Assembly (NCBI GenBank): GCA_022842925.1
Contig: JALHOQ010000002.1
Location: forward strand, 1 to 48,213
Source of the DNA: Bdellovibrionales bacterium
GTDB taxonomy: Bacteria; Bdellovibrionota; Bdellovibrionia; Bdellovibrionales; UBA1609
DNA length: 48,213 nt
Direction: 5' to 3'
The position numbers and the translations under genes were made by a program. Position 1 is the stretch's first letter. Every line of letters begins with the position of its first letter. This document shows positions 10,255 through 18,538 of the stretch, one piece after another. Under the pieces are notes generated by a model, which did not search any database, was not told the DNA's origin, and saw only the letters and a program-made list of their open reading frames with translations.

Positions 10255-11253
10255 ATGATTTTGAACCCCGGATTCGATTTGACCTTAAGACCCATGCGCT
10301 ACCCGTTGTTCTACGAGATGTACAAGAATGGCATCAAGAACTCCTGGACGGTGGAAGAAGTCGATTTCAGCAACGACATCGTCGATTTGCAGCGAAAATT
10401 GACGCCGGCAGAGCGCCATTTGATTTCGCGACTGGTGGCATTCTTTGCCACGGGCGATTCGATTGTCGGCAACAATCTGGTGTTGAACCTTTATAAGCAC
10501 GTCAACTCGCCCGAGGCGCGACTATATCTGTCGCGCCAGCTCTATGAAGAGGCTTTGCACGTCCAGTTTTACCTGACGCTTTTGGATACCTATATTCCGG
10601 ATTTAGCTGAGCGCGAGAGAGCGTTTTCGGCGATCCACAATATTCCCTCGCTAAAGAAAAAGGCCGAGTATTCGTTTAAGTGGATCGATTCGATTAATCA
10701 ATTGGATCGACTGAACACAAAAGAGGACCGTCGCCGGTTCTTGCTGAATCTGATTTGCTTTGCCGGCACGATCGAGGGTCTGTTCTTCTTCGCCGCTTTC
10801 GCTTACGTTTACTTTTTGCGCTCCAAGGGTTTGCTAAATGGTCTAGCGACGGGCACCAACTGGGTGTTTCGTGATGAAAGCGCCCATATCGAATTCGCCT
10901 TTAAGGTGATCGATACGGCGATTGCCGAAGAACCAGAACTGTTTGATGACGGCATGAAAGAAATGGTCATCGCCATGTTCAAAGAGGCGATCGATTGCGA
11001 AATGGCATTCGCTACCGACATCCTAGAACAAGGTGTAGCGGGCTTAAGCACGCGGGATATGCGCACCTACCTGCAGTTTATCGCCGACCAACGCTTTGAG
11101 CGCCTAGGGATTCCCCACCAGTTCAACGTGAAGAACCCCTTCGGCTTTATGGAGTTGCAAGACACCCAAGAACTAACCAACTTCTTCGAACGCCGGGTCG
11201 CCGCCTATCAAGTCGGCGTCAGCGGAAACGTAAGCTTCGACGAGACCTTCTAG
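10255..11253 (+). CDS. nrdB: Ribonucleoside-diphosphate reductase beta subunit
   Basis: Di-iron/tyrosyl radical motifs are visible (EEALHVQFY, FRDESAHIEF). An SD (GAAGGAG) lies 8 nt upstream, and the gene starts 18 nt after nrdA. Confidence 0.95.
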   Translation: MILNPGFDLTLRPMRYPLFYEMYKNGIKNSWTVEEVDFSNDIVDLQRKLTPAERHLISRLVAFFATGDSIVGNNLVLNLYKHVNSPEARLYLSRQLYEEALHVQFYLTLLDTYIPDLAERERAFSAIHNIPSLKKKAEYSFKWIDSINQLDRLNTKEDRRRFLLNLICFAGTIEGLFFFAAFAYVYFLRSKGLLNGLATGTNWVFRDESAHIEFAFKVIDTAIAEEPELFDDGMKEMVIAMFKEAIDCEMAFATDILEQGVAGLSTRDMRTYLQFIADQRFERLGIPHQFNVKNPFGFMELQDTQELTNFFERRVAAYQVGVSGNVSFDETF

Positions 11254-11276
11254 AACTCGGCCCGGGCCGAGTTCTA
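11251..11276. terminator. Perfect 26-bp GC-rich palindrome, likely the nrdAB terminator hairpin; member of a repeated palindrome family
   Basis: TAGAACTCGGCCCGGGCCGAGTTCTA is self-complementary over all 26 nt and includes the nrdB TAG stop. It shares the 20-nt core AACTCGGCCCGGGCCGAGTT with the element at 14193-14220. There is no clear T-tract. Confidence 0.6.
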
Positions 11277-11306
11277 GCTACCCACCCGACCCTCCTCCGC
11301 ACTTCC

Positions 11307-11336
11307 GCGAAAGTTTCCATATTTGGAAACTTTCGC
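11307..11336. repeat. Inverted repeat forming a 13-bp perfect stem with a 4-nt loop
   Basis: GCGAAAGTTTCCA-TATT-TGGAAACTTTCGC, located 30 nt after the first palindrome. No T-tract follows. It could be a second terminator or a protein-binding operator. Confidence 0.5.
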
Positions 11337-11509
11337 CGCATCTTGCAAAAGCCATGGGATTATTAACAGGCAACTCCCGGGCTCCGAGCACCTCAAAGCA
11401 AATTTCGCTTCTAAGCTAAAAAACAGTGCGCTTTTCGCTGGAAGTGAACTTTACCGTGAGGTGGGTACAAGCTAGAGCGCATTTTCTCATCGGATTAGTG
11501 AATTAGCTT

Positions 11510-11526
11510 AACCAACTCGGCCCGGG
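11510..11526 (+). repeat. Half-copy of the 14193-14220 palindrome (17-nt direct repeat)
   Basis: AACCAACTCGGCCCGGG at 11510-11526 is identical to 14193-14209. The right arm is replaced by TTGACGCTGGGCC. Confidence 0.7.
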
Positions 11527-11608
11527 TTGACGCTGGGCCCCTTCAAATCTTTACGCTTTCGAAGTCTTTTGGTTCCCTGAATCTTTCTGTGTATGTTCTG
11601 TCCCCGAA

Positions 11609-12085
11609 ATGAAAAGTTCGACGCAGATTTTTGACAATGTTGATCGAGCCATCACGAACTGGATGGCTCGACTCAGTATTCCGTATTTACGCGTGAGCCT
11701 GGCGCTGATTTTTGTGTGGTTTGGTGCCTTGAAGTTCTTCCCCGGGATGAGTCCAACGATCGACCTGATCGAGCGCACAACTGACATCATTTCACTTGGT
11801 AGTATTCCGGCCTCAGTGGCGATCTACGCATTGGCTTCAACGGAATGTCTCATAGGCTTTGGACTTTTGTTCAATGTCTTGATGAGAACAACCTTGCTCC
11901 TTCTGTTTCTGCAGATGCTAGCAACCTCAACCCCCATTGTCCTTTTACCTGAAGTCGTTTTTGCAAGACCGCCCTTCGCTCTGACGATGGAAGGTCATCA
12001 CATTATCAAAAACCTAGTCCTCATCGGCGCAGGCCTTGTACTAGGCGCAAATGTGCGCAGCAATAAATCTAGACAATTAAATTAA
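11609..12085 (+). CDS. Small polytopic inner-membrane protein, DUF417/YkgB(RclC)- or DoxX-like
   Basis: 158-aa ORF with about 4 hydrophobic helices. The N-terminal segment LRVSLALIFVWFGALKFFP resembles, from memory, the RclC/YkgB motif (LIRLSIAIVFMWIGLLKF). The gene is low in GC. Confidence 0.5.
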   Translation: MKSSTQIFDNVDRAITNWMARLSIPYLRVSLALIFVWFGALKFFPGMSPTIDLIERTTDIISLGSIPASVAIYALASTECLIGFGLLFNVLMRTTLLLLFLQMLATSTPIVLLPEVVFARPPFALTMEGHHIIKNLVLIGAGLVLGANVRSNKSRQLN

Positions 12086-12198
12086 TTCGCCTCTGCGACA
12101 TCATAATAAACGATACAGGAGTTCGGATTTATCGATTGGACGGATACCGCCCTTTTCGTCGATTGTAGAACTTAAACAAGTAATGAAAGGATTGATTT

Positions 12199-12774
12199 AT
12201 GTCTCTCTCAAAAGGATTCATCTTAGGATTGCTCTTGGCTATTGCAGCACCAACAGTCTCTGCAAAAACGTCTGAGTCGTTCGGCAACACCGTTGTCAAC
12301 CATGCGATTTCGGTTGAGGAAGTACAGGCAGCGCAAGAAGCCTGGGGCAAAGCTCTACTAAACATCAGCCGGATCAACAGAGAAAAAGGTCAAAAAAAAG
12401 CCACTGAGACGGCCAGTCAGGTACTGGATGCGGCCTACGGTTACAACATGGGCCCTGTTCTTTTTAAGCCCACCTTGACCTCAGGCGAACAAACATTCCG
12501 CACAACCAAAGAGGGAGCGCTGGCCTATTTCGTAGGTGGGAATAAGAAATTTGCCAAAGACAACGGGTTCGCACTCAAAAAATGGGACAAATTTGAGTAT
12601 AAAAACTCGGCTGTCTACATTAACGGCGATATGGCCCTTACAATGGGGAATGTCATGCTGACGGATGCCGAAGGAAAGATCACAACCGTCGACAAAACCT
12701 GGGGATTCAAAAAAGATGGCAAGGGTACTCTGAGAATCGTTCTCCATCACTCGTCATTGCCCTTTTCCCCTTAA
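12199..12774 (+). CDS. Secreted protein of unknown function
   Basis: 191-aa ORF with a signal peptide, MSLSKGFILGLLLAIAAPTVSA-KT. It is low in GC (two sampled 60-nt lines are 21/60 G+C). An NTF2/SnoaL-like fold is only a guess. Confidence 0.55.
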   Translation: MSLSKGFILGLLLAIAAPTVSAKTSESFGNTVVNHAISVEEVQAAQEAWGKALLNISRINREKGQKKATETASQVLDAAYGYNMGPVLFKPTLTSGEQTFRTTKEGALAYFVGGNKKFAKDNGFALKKWDKFEYKNSAVYINGDMALTMGNVMLTDAEGKITTVDKTWGFKKDGKGTLRIVLHHSSLPFSP

Positions 12775-12780
12775 GGGTGA

Positions 12781-13422
12781 ATGGACATGAAGCTGCTCTT
12801 GATGCTCGGTTTGATCTCTAGCCTATTTCCAAGGGTCGTCCATGCAGATCGTTCGCGAGCCGGTTGGTGGCTTGGAACGTTCAGCAAAGCGGAAATCAGC
12901 TCGAGCTGGAATGGCTGGATGGAAACTCAGGTCCGAAATAACCTGGAAAGCGGGAGAGTGGATCAGCTTCTTTTTCGCACTGGCCTACTTTATTCTGTGG
13001 GCGAGCACGAAATGGGTTTGCTCGTGGGCTTCATTCAAACCGGATCCCTGCTGGAGCGGCGCTACAGCCTTCAGCAGGGCATGACTCTTGCCAAATGGGG
13101 AAACTCAAAACTCACCCACCGCATCCGCATGGAGTGGCGGGACTTCGCCGACAATCCAGACGACGCTCTTCGATTTCGCTATTTGGCTCGATACTCACAT
13201 AAAATGGATGGATATGAAGCCATTCTTTGGAATGAAGCTTTCTTGAACCTTACGGACGAGTCCAAAAATGATCAGGGCGTGATGGAGAGGAATCGCCTTT
13301 TTCTAGGCACCCAGATCACGCTAGGAACGACAAAGGCTGAAATTGGCTACATGAATCAAGCCATTCTTCGCGGCCGGGAAAATATATTTGAGCACCTTGG
13401 CGTAATGTACTGGATATTTTAG
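12781..13422 (+). CDS. Putative outer-membrane protein, DUF2490-like
   Basis: 213-aa ORF with a signal peptide ending VHA-D. It is rich in Trp and other aromatic residues with beta-like segments (GWWLGTFSK, RYLARYSH, NRLFLGTQ), and the C-terminus YWIF ends in Phe. The DUF2490 resemblance is from memory only. Confidence 0.45.
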   Translation: MDMKLLLMLGLISSLFPRVVHADRSRAGWWLGTFSKAEISSSWNGWMETQVRNNLESGRVDQLLFRTGLLYSVGEHEMGLLVGFIQTGSLLERRYSLQQGMTLAKWGNSKLTHRIRMEWRDFADNPDDALRFRYLARYSHKMDGYEAILWNEAFLNLTDESKNDQGVMERNRLFLGTQITLGTTKAEIGYMNQAILRGRENIFEHLGVMYWIF

Positions 13423-13507
13423 AGAAAGATGACTTTTCTCAACGTTGATGCGAATGGCCCCTAGATCAAAGATAACGCCGTTCGCAAAATAACTAAACGG
13501 AGATTAT

Positions 13508-14179
13508 ATGAATACAAAGTTTTTGCTAGATCAAATCTTGGGTGCTGGCGGAGATCCAGCAAAGTTCAGCACTTCCAAAGATGTTTTGTCTTCTTTGATA
13601 TCAAACAAAGGTGGCGCTGCACTCGCCGGCGGCGCCCTGGGGCTTTTGATCGGGAGTAAATCTGGTCGCAAAATGGGAGGAAAAGTTCTCAGCTATGGTG
13701 GCCTTGCGATACTGGGAACCTTGGCCTACAAAGCTTTCCAAAACTATCAGCAAGAAACCAAGCAGTCCTTAGGGCAATCTGCGCAACCCTTGCACCAATT
13801 AACCAACCAGGCCGCAGAGACACACTGCAAAGTGATTCTGATAGCTTTGATAGCCGCAGCAAAGGCTGACGGACATATTGATGAACGTGAAAGACAGTTA
13901 ATCGATACCGAAATTCGCAAAATGACTACAGACCCGGAGCTTCATCAATGGTTCGATCGCGAACTGAAGAAACCACTCGATCCGGCTGAAGTCGCAAGTC
14001 ATGCAAAAGACAAGTCCATGGCCTGTGAAATGTATTTGGCGAGCCTATTGGTCGTGGATCAGCAAAATTTTATGGAAAAATCCTACATAGAGGAGCTCGC
14101 ACGCCAGTTGCAGTTGGAAGCTGGCCTCCAGAATCAACTCGCTGAAGAGGTTCGGAAGGCCCTAGTCACTGCGAACTGA
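13508..14179 (+). CDS. DUF533 / YebE-like (TerB-fold) inner-membrane protein
   Basis: The N-terminus LLDQILGAGG...GGAALAGGALGLLIGSKSGRKMGGKVLSYGGLAILGTLAYKAFQNYQ, followed by a C-terminal helical TerB-like domain (AAKADGHIDERERQLI), matches the YebE/DUF533 architecture. Confidence 0.7.
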   Translation: MNTKFLLDQILGAGGDPAKFSTSKDVLSSLISNKGGAALAGGALGLLIGSKSGRKMGGKVLSYGGLAILGTLAYKAFQNYQQETKQSLGQSAQPLHQLTNQAAETHCKVILIALIAAAKADGHIDERERQLIDTEIRKMTTDPELHQWFDRELKKPLDPAEVASHAKDKSMACEMYLASLLVVDQQNFMEKSYIEELARQLQLEAGLQNQLAEEVRKALVTAN

Positions 14180-14192
14180 TATGCCCGAACCC

Positions 14193-14220
14193 AACCAACT
14201 CGGCCCGGGCCGAGTTGGTT
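14193..14220. terminator. Perfect 28-bp palindrome between convergent genes (bidirectional terminator / REP-like element)
   Basis: AACCAACTCGGCCCGGGCCGAGTTGGTT is self-complementary over 28 nt. It lies 13 nt after the stop of the DUF533 gene and overlaps the stop (14219-14221) of the minus-strand lipoprotein gene. Confidence 0.7.
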
Positions 14221-15037
14221 ATTTGAGACAGCGGAGTTTTTGCATGGCGGTTAAGAGGTGCTTGCCGTCGAAGTAGGAGCCAGCCGCAGCGCCGTCGATT
14301 TTTAACTTTTTCTCAGGTGTGTTGAGCATAAGTTTTTTTGCTAGTGGGTCGCCGGCGATAGCCGCCTGGACCAGTTTTGCGATTATCATATCGTAGGCGC
14401 CGAGTTCTTCGAGCTTCTGCTTCCCGGCGACAACATCGCGAACGGTCGCCACGGCCTCTTTGTCGACTAACGCATCCTTTTTAAAATCCCCGCATTTCTC
14501 CGCTCCAACAACGCATGCGCCGGGTTTGGTGCAGGTAATCTTTCGTTCCATGACCGAAAAATAATCGTCGCCAATATCCTCGCGCAGGGGACGGATTTGG
14601 CGCGAAATCTGGATTTCGGTATCGCTCACCTTGCGAATAAGAAACGAGTAGGCGTCGTTCGGCTTTTCACTATTGACCTCCGCGATCAGCGCGGTCAGCC
14701 GGTCGTCTTCCCGCCGGGCTACGTTGACCCAACCCGAGAAAGAGTTCTCGCTCAGCCGTTCCGCCTCCAGTCCAAATTCGCAGATCACAAACTGCACCCC
14801 ATTGGCCATAGTCCATGTCGTAAGCGCGGCCGCGTTGGCGTGCTCCAAAGATTCACAGTCTGAATTGGGCAGAGCCTCGGCTTTTTCGTCTGTCCTCAGT
14901 AGCGCTTCCGGTGGCGCTTCCGCCGCCGTAACCTCAGAGGGGACCGAGGTCGGCGCTGTGTCGGGGCTCTTTTTGCCGCGAAAAAAATCACAGCCGTTCA
15001 GTATTAATACGGCGATTACAGGCAAAAGACGCAACAT
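14219..15037 (-). CDS. Lipoprotein of unknown function
   Basis: ORF 14219..15064, trimmed to the ATG at 15035-15037, which has GAAGGAG 7 nt upstream. The product begins MLRLLPVIAVLILNGC (lipobox LNG-C). The SD overlaps the lgt stop codon. Confidence 0.65.
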   Translation of the reverse strand: MLRLLPVIAVLILNGCDFFRGKKSPDTAPTSVPSEVTAAEAPPEALLRTDEKAEALPNSDCESLEHANAAALTTWTMANGVQFVICEFGLEAERLSENSFSGWVNVARREDDRLTALIAEVNSEKPNDAYSFLIRKVSDTEIQISRQIRPLREDIGDDYFSVMERKITCTKPGACVVGAEKCGDFKKDALVDKEAVATVRDVVAGKQKLEELGAYDMIIAKLVQAAIAGDPLAKKLMLNTPEKKLKIDGAAAGSYFDGKHLLTAMQKLRCLK

Positions 15038-15047
15038 TGGGGCTCCT

Positions 15048-16151
15048 TCAGATTTTTTCGACATTCCGGCGATAGGCGACGACCAGGTAACTGATCGCGA
15101 ACATAAGAAACGCGATGCTCAGCCACTGGCCGCGCGTTAAGCCCAGCCACTGAAAGCCAATATGGGCGTCGGGCAAGCGGAACTGTTCGCCGATAATGCG
15201 GGCCACACAATACAAAACGCCGAACCAACCGCTGACTACGCCGGGTTTTTGGGGTTTACGCCAGACCCAAATGAGAAACAAGAATACCAATAGCCCCTCT
15301 AAAAAAGCCTGATACAGCTGCGAGGGGTGTCTTGGGGTCAGGATCGGCGCCATCGCCTGACGAAGGATCTCGTCGCCATTTTGAATTCGGTAAATGATAA
15401 GCTCGATCACTTCGCTCACGCGATTGCGCGCCGATGGGTCCGGCCCGTAATTTTCGAGCCAGGTCGTCCACTGCTGTGCGGTCAGTTGGATCGCTCCCGC
15501 AGGAGTCGGCAGGGACTTTAATACTTCCATAACCGGCGTTAAACTGTTCAGCCGATTGAAATCCTGATCTCGCTGCAGCCACAGCACCATCTCTTGCGGA
15601 AACTTCACTGCCCATGCAAACGATGCCGAAGCCTCACGACCAAACAGCTCCCCATTTACAAAGTTGGCCAGGCGACCGAAAAAGAAAGCCAAGCTCGCGC
15701 CCAAAACAGTCAAATCGAGCACATGCAAAAACGAAAACTTGAGTCGACGCGCATACCACAGACACACCAGCATCACGCCGAATATGCCGCCATGGCTCGC
15801 CATTCCACCTTCATTGACCTTTAAAACGCCCCAGTAGGGAAAGCTCCCGTCAAACGACGTCAGCAGATCTGGCGAATAGAACAAGACATAGCCAAGTCGC
15901 CCGCCACCTAAAACGCCGATCGCACCATAGGTGATAAAATCGGCCACCTGCTCTTCGGTGAACTTGCAGCGGCCTTTGCGGATCATCCACACGATCGAGT
16001 AGTAACAGATTACGAACCCCGCCAAATAGGCCAGGCCGTACCAGCGGATGCCAAAAGTTTCGGTGATCTGAATCGCGAAGGGATCCAAATTATGGACATA
16101 GGGCATAACTAAAACTGTCACGGAAGGCGGAAGCTCGTCAAAAGAGTTCAT
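15048..16151 (-). CDS. lgt: Phosphatidylglycerol--prolipoprotein diacylglyceryl transferase
   Basis: Lgt signature motifs are present: GGRLGYV, HGGIFG, GRLANFVNGELFGR and RHPSQLYQAFLEG. At 367 aa it is longer than typical Lgt. Compared with my memory of E. coli Lgt, about 100 aa rather than about 55 aa separate GELFGR from RHPSQLY, which implies an enlarged periplasmic head. Confidence 0.9.
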   Translation of the reverse strand: MNSFDELPPSVTVLVMPYVHNLDPFAIQITETFGIRWYGLAYLAGFVICYYSIVWMIRKGRCKFTEEQVADFITYGAIGVLGGGRLGYVLFYSPDLLTSFDGSFPYWGVLKVNEGGMASHGGIFGVMLVCLWYARRLKFSFLHVLDLTVLGASLAFFFGRLANFVNGELFGREASASFAWAVKFPQEMVLWLQRDQDFNRLNSLTPVMEVLKSLPTPAGAIQLTAQQWTTWLENYGPDPSARNRVSEVIELIIYRIQNGDEILRQAMAPILTPRHPSQLYQAFLEGLLVFLFLIWVWRKPQKPGVVSGWFGVLYCVARIIGEQFRLPDAHIGFQWLGLTRGQWLSIAFLMFAISYLVVAYRRNVEKI

Positions 16152-16187
16152 TTTGACACGTATTGGCTTTTTGATTACCGTTCAGTC

Positions 16188-16784
16188 ATGAAGTTGATTT
16201 TGGCCAGTCAATCCCCGTACCGCAAAGCGCTGCTCGAGAATTTCGGTTTGAAATTCGAAACCCAGGCGCCGCGGGTAGATGAAGAAAAGTTGAAGAAGAA
16301 CGGGCCGGCCGAGCTGACGGAACTCACCCGCTACCTGGCATTGAAAAAGGCCGAAAGCCTGACCTCCCTCTATGACGGTGCCATTCTTATTGGCAGCGAT
16401 CAGATCGCGGAACTCAACAGCCAGCGTCTCGACAAACCCGGAACCGTCGCCAAGGCCGTGGAGCAACTCAAATTTATGAGTGGGAAAACCCACCGCCTCA
16501 TCACCTCCCTCGCCGTCGTTAGTCCACTTAAGACATCCGTCGCCACCAATATCACCAGCATCCGACTGCGCGAACTCAGCAACGAGGAAATTGAAGCCTA
16601 CGTTCAGCTCGACCAACCTCTCGACTGCGCCGGCAGCTACAAAATCGAACGCGCCGGTCTGGCCCTTACCGAAAGCATTCAGACCGACGACCCCAGCGCC
16701 ATTCAAGGCCTGCCGATGATCGCGCTGACCCGCGCGCTTTTTGAAATGGGATTACATCTACCGCAACTTTGGAGTTCTAAATGA
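16188..16784 (+). CDS. maf: Maf-like nucleoside triphosphate pyrophosphatase
   Basis: LILASQSPYRKALLENFGL at the N-terminus, together with GSDQ and GAYKIE-like (GSYKIERAG) motifs. The 198-aa length is typical of Maf/YceF. Confidence 0.85.
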   Translation: MKLILASQSPYRKALLENFGLKFETQAPRVDEEKLKKNGPAELTELTRYLALKKAESLTSLYDGAILIGSDQIAELNSQRLDKPGTVAKAVEQLKFMSGKTHRLITSLAVVSPLKTSVATNITSIRLRELSNEEIEAYVQLDQPLDCAGSYKIERAGLALTESIQTDDPSAIQGLPMIALTRALFEMGLHLPQLWSSK

Positions 16785-17767
16785 AAATCACCGAACGCCC
16801 CCGCCGCCTGAGAAAAAATGCGGCCACTCGTAGCCTGGTCGAAGAAACTGAACTCCTGCCTAAAAATCTTGTGTGGCCCGTTTTTATTAAGGACGGCGCA
16901 AACACCAAGGAGGAAATCGCCTCACTGCCCGGCTGCCACCGCTACAGCTTGGACCGGCTCACCGAGGAGGCCGAAAAACTCAGCGATCTGGGCCTGAAGG
17001 CCATCGCCCTTTTCCCCGCGATCGACGACAAACTTAAAAACAGCAAGGCGTCGGAAGCCGCGAACCCCGAAGGCCTGATCCCTAAAGCCGTTCGCCATCT
17101 GAAAGCGGAAATCAAAGATCTCGTCGTGATCACCGATGTGGCGCTCGACCCCTATTCCTCCGACGGCCATGACGGCCTGGTGAAAGACGGAAAAATTCTA
17201 AACGATGAAACGCTGCTGGTGCTGGCCGCGCAAGCCAAGGTGCAGGCCGAAGCTGGCGCTGATTTTGTCGCCCCCAGCGATATGATGGATGGCCGAGTGG
17301 GCTGGATCCGTCAGGCCCTTGACGAATCGGGACTCGCTGAAACCGGAATTATTTCTTACACCGCGAAATACGCCAGCGCCTTTTACGGGCCCTTTCGCGA
17401 CGCGCTCGCCAGCGCGCCCCGCTTTGGCGATAAAAAAACTTATCAAATGAACCCGGCCAATAGCCGCGAAGCCTTACGGGAAGCGCGACTCGATCGCAGC
17501 GAAGGCGCCGATATGCTAATGGTGAAGCCCGCTCTCAGCTATCTCGACGTCATTCAACGGCTGCAGGCCAAATTCGACCTTCCGATCGCGGCCTATAATG
17601 TGAGCGGCGAATACGCCATGGTTAAGGCCGCGGCGAAGAACGGCTGGCTTGAGGAACGGGCGGCGGTGCTGGAAATCCTCACCAGCATCCGGCGCGCGGG
17701 CGCGAGCGTGATCTTGAGTTACCATACTCCGGACGTTTTAAAGTGGATGCAGGATCGAAAGCCTTAA
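16781..17767 (+). CDS. hemB: Porphobilinogen synthase (delta-aminolevulinate dehydratase)
   Basis: RPRRLR near the N-terminus, VAPSDMMDGRV, the active-site Lys region MVKPAL, and YNVSGEYAM. The start overlaps the maf stop (ATGA). Confidence 0.95.
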   Translation: MKITERPRRLRKNAATRSLVEETELLPKNLVWPVFIKDGANTKEEIASLPGCHRYSLDRLTEEAEKLSDLGLKAIALFPAIDDKLKNSKASEAANPEGLIPKAVRHLKAEIKDLVVITDVALDPYSSDGHDGLVKDGKILNDETLLVLAAQAKVQAEAGADFVAPSDMMDGRVGWIRQALDESGLAETGIISYTAKYASAFYGPFRDALASAPRFGDKKTYQMNPANSREALREARLDRSEGADMLMVKPALSYLDVIQRLQAKFDLPIAAYNVSGEYAMVKAAAKNGWLEERAAVLEILTSIRRAGASVILSYHTPDVLKWMQDRKP

Positions 17768-17768
17768 G

Positions 17769-17790
17769 CGACTTGCCAACAGGCAAGTCG
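17769..17790. terminator. Hairpin between convergent hemB and the HD-GYP gene
   Basis: CGACTTGCC-AACA-GGCAAGTCG forms a 9-bp perfect stem, followed on the plus strand by GCCAGTTTTA. Confidence 0.6.
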
Positions 17791-17797
17791 GCCAGTT

Positions 17798-18454
17798 TTA
17801 GGCGGCCTTTTTGATTAAGTGGCTGACGACCACTTCTTCCTGGTGCTGATCTTTCTCGTCTTCTTTTTTCAGATGAGGAATAAGCTCGAGGAAGTAATTC
17901 ACCAGCTTGGCATCGAATTGCCGGCCAGAGAAATCTTTCAGCTCTTTGATGGCCTTCTCTTCTGGCAGCGGATTGCGGTAGGGGCGCGCGTGAGTCATGG
18001 CATCGAAGCTGTCGACCACGGCGATGACGCGGGCAAAGAGGGGAATCGAATCCCCGCTTAAGGCATTCGGATAACCGGTACCTTCGATCTTTTCATGGTG
18101 ATAGCGAACACCCGGAAGCATAAAGCGGAAGAACGGCACGTGCGCCAAGTGCTTGATCATATCGGCGCTGAGTTCGGGATGAGTTTTGATGATTTCGATT
18201 TCGTTTGAATCCAGTCGCCCGGGCTTAGTGAGGATTTCAGTCGGGATTTTGGCCTTGCCGATATCGTGAAACAGTCCGGCGTATTCGATCACACTCTGCT
18301 CGAATTCATTCAAGCCGAGCGCCTTCGCCAATTTGCGCGAACGCCGGCCCACGCGGCAACAGTGGAAGAATGTAAAAGGATCCTTCTCTTTGACTTCAGC
18401 TAAAAGTTGCTCTGCAACTTCCAGGGACCAGTCCGGGATATCATCCCAAGCCAC
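17798..18454 (-). CDS. Stand-alone HD-GYP domain protein (putative cyclic-di-GMP phosphodiesterase)
   Basis: HDIGK and HHEKIEGTGYP (the HD...GYP signature) are present. There is no receiver or other sensor domain. I prefer the GTG at 18452-18454, 7 nt after AAGGAG, over the track start at 18460, which lies only 1 nt after the SD. Confidence 0.85.
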   Translation of the reverse strand: MAWDDIPDWSLEVAEQLLAEVKEKDPFTFFHCCRVGRRSRKLAKALGLNEFEQSVIEYAGLFHDIGKAKIPTEILTKPGRLDSNEIEIIKTHPELSADMIKHLAHVPFFRFMLPGVRYHHEKIEGTGYPNALSGDSIPLFARVIAVVDSFDAMTHARPYRNPLPEEKAIKELKDFSGRQFDAKLVNYFLELIPHLKKEDEKDQHQEEVVVSHLIKKAA

Positions 18455-18538
18455 GAACACTCCTTAGACGAGCATCATACACACCATTAAAAATATCGGA
18501 TCAGTTTGGGAGTTCCTTGACGAAAACCTAGACGATTC

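Noticed and set aside
16182-16706. Long antisense ORFs inside confidently called genes: 16182..16706 (-), 4624..5241 (+), 27129..27827 (-), 28188..28583 (-), 35239..35859 (+), 38600..39052 (-), 40745..41470 (-), 42052..42597 (-), 19347..19814 (+), 24344..24793 (+)
   Set aside because: Each is fully or largely embedded opposite a gene with clear family motifs. They have Arg/Gly/Ala-biased composition typical of GC-rich antisense frames, and none contains motifs of its own.
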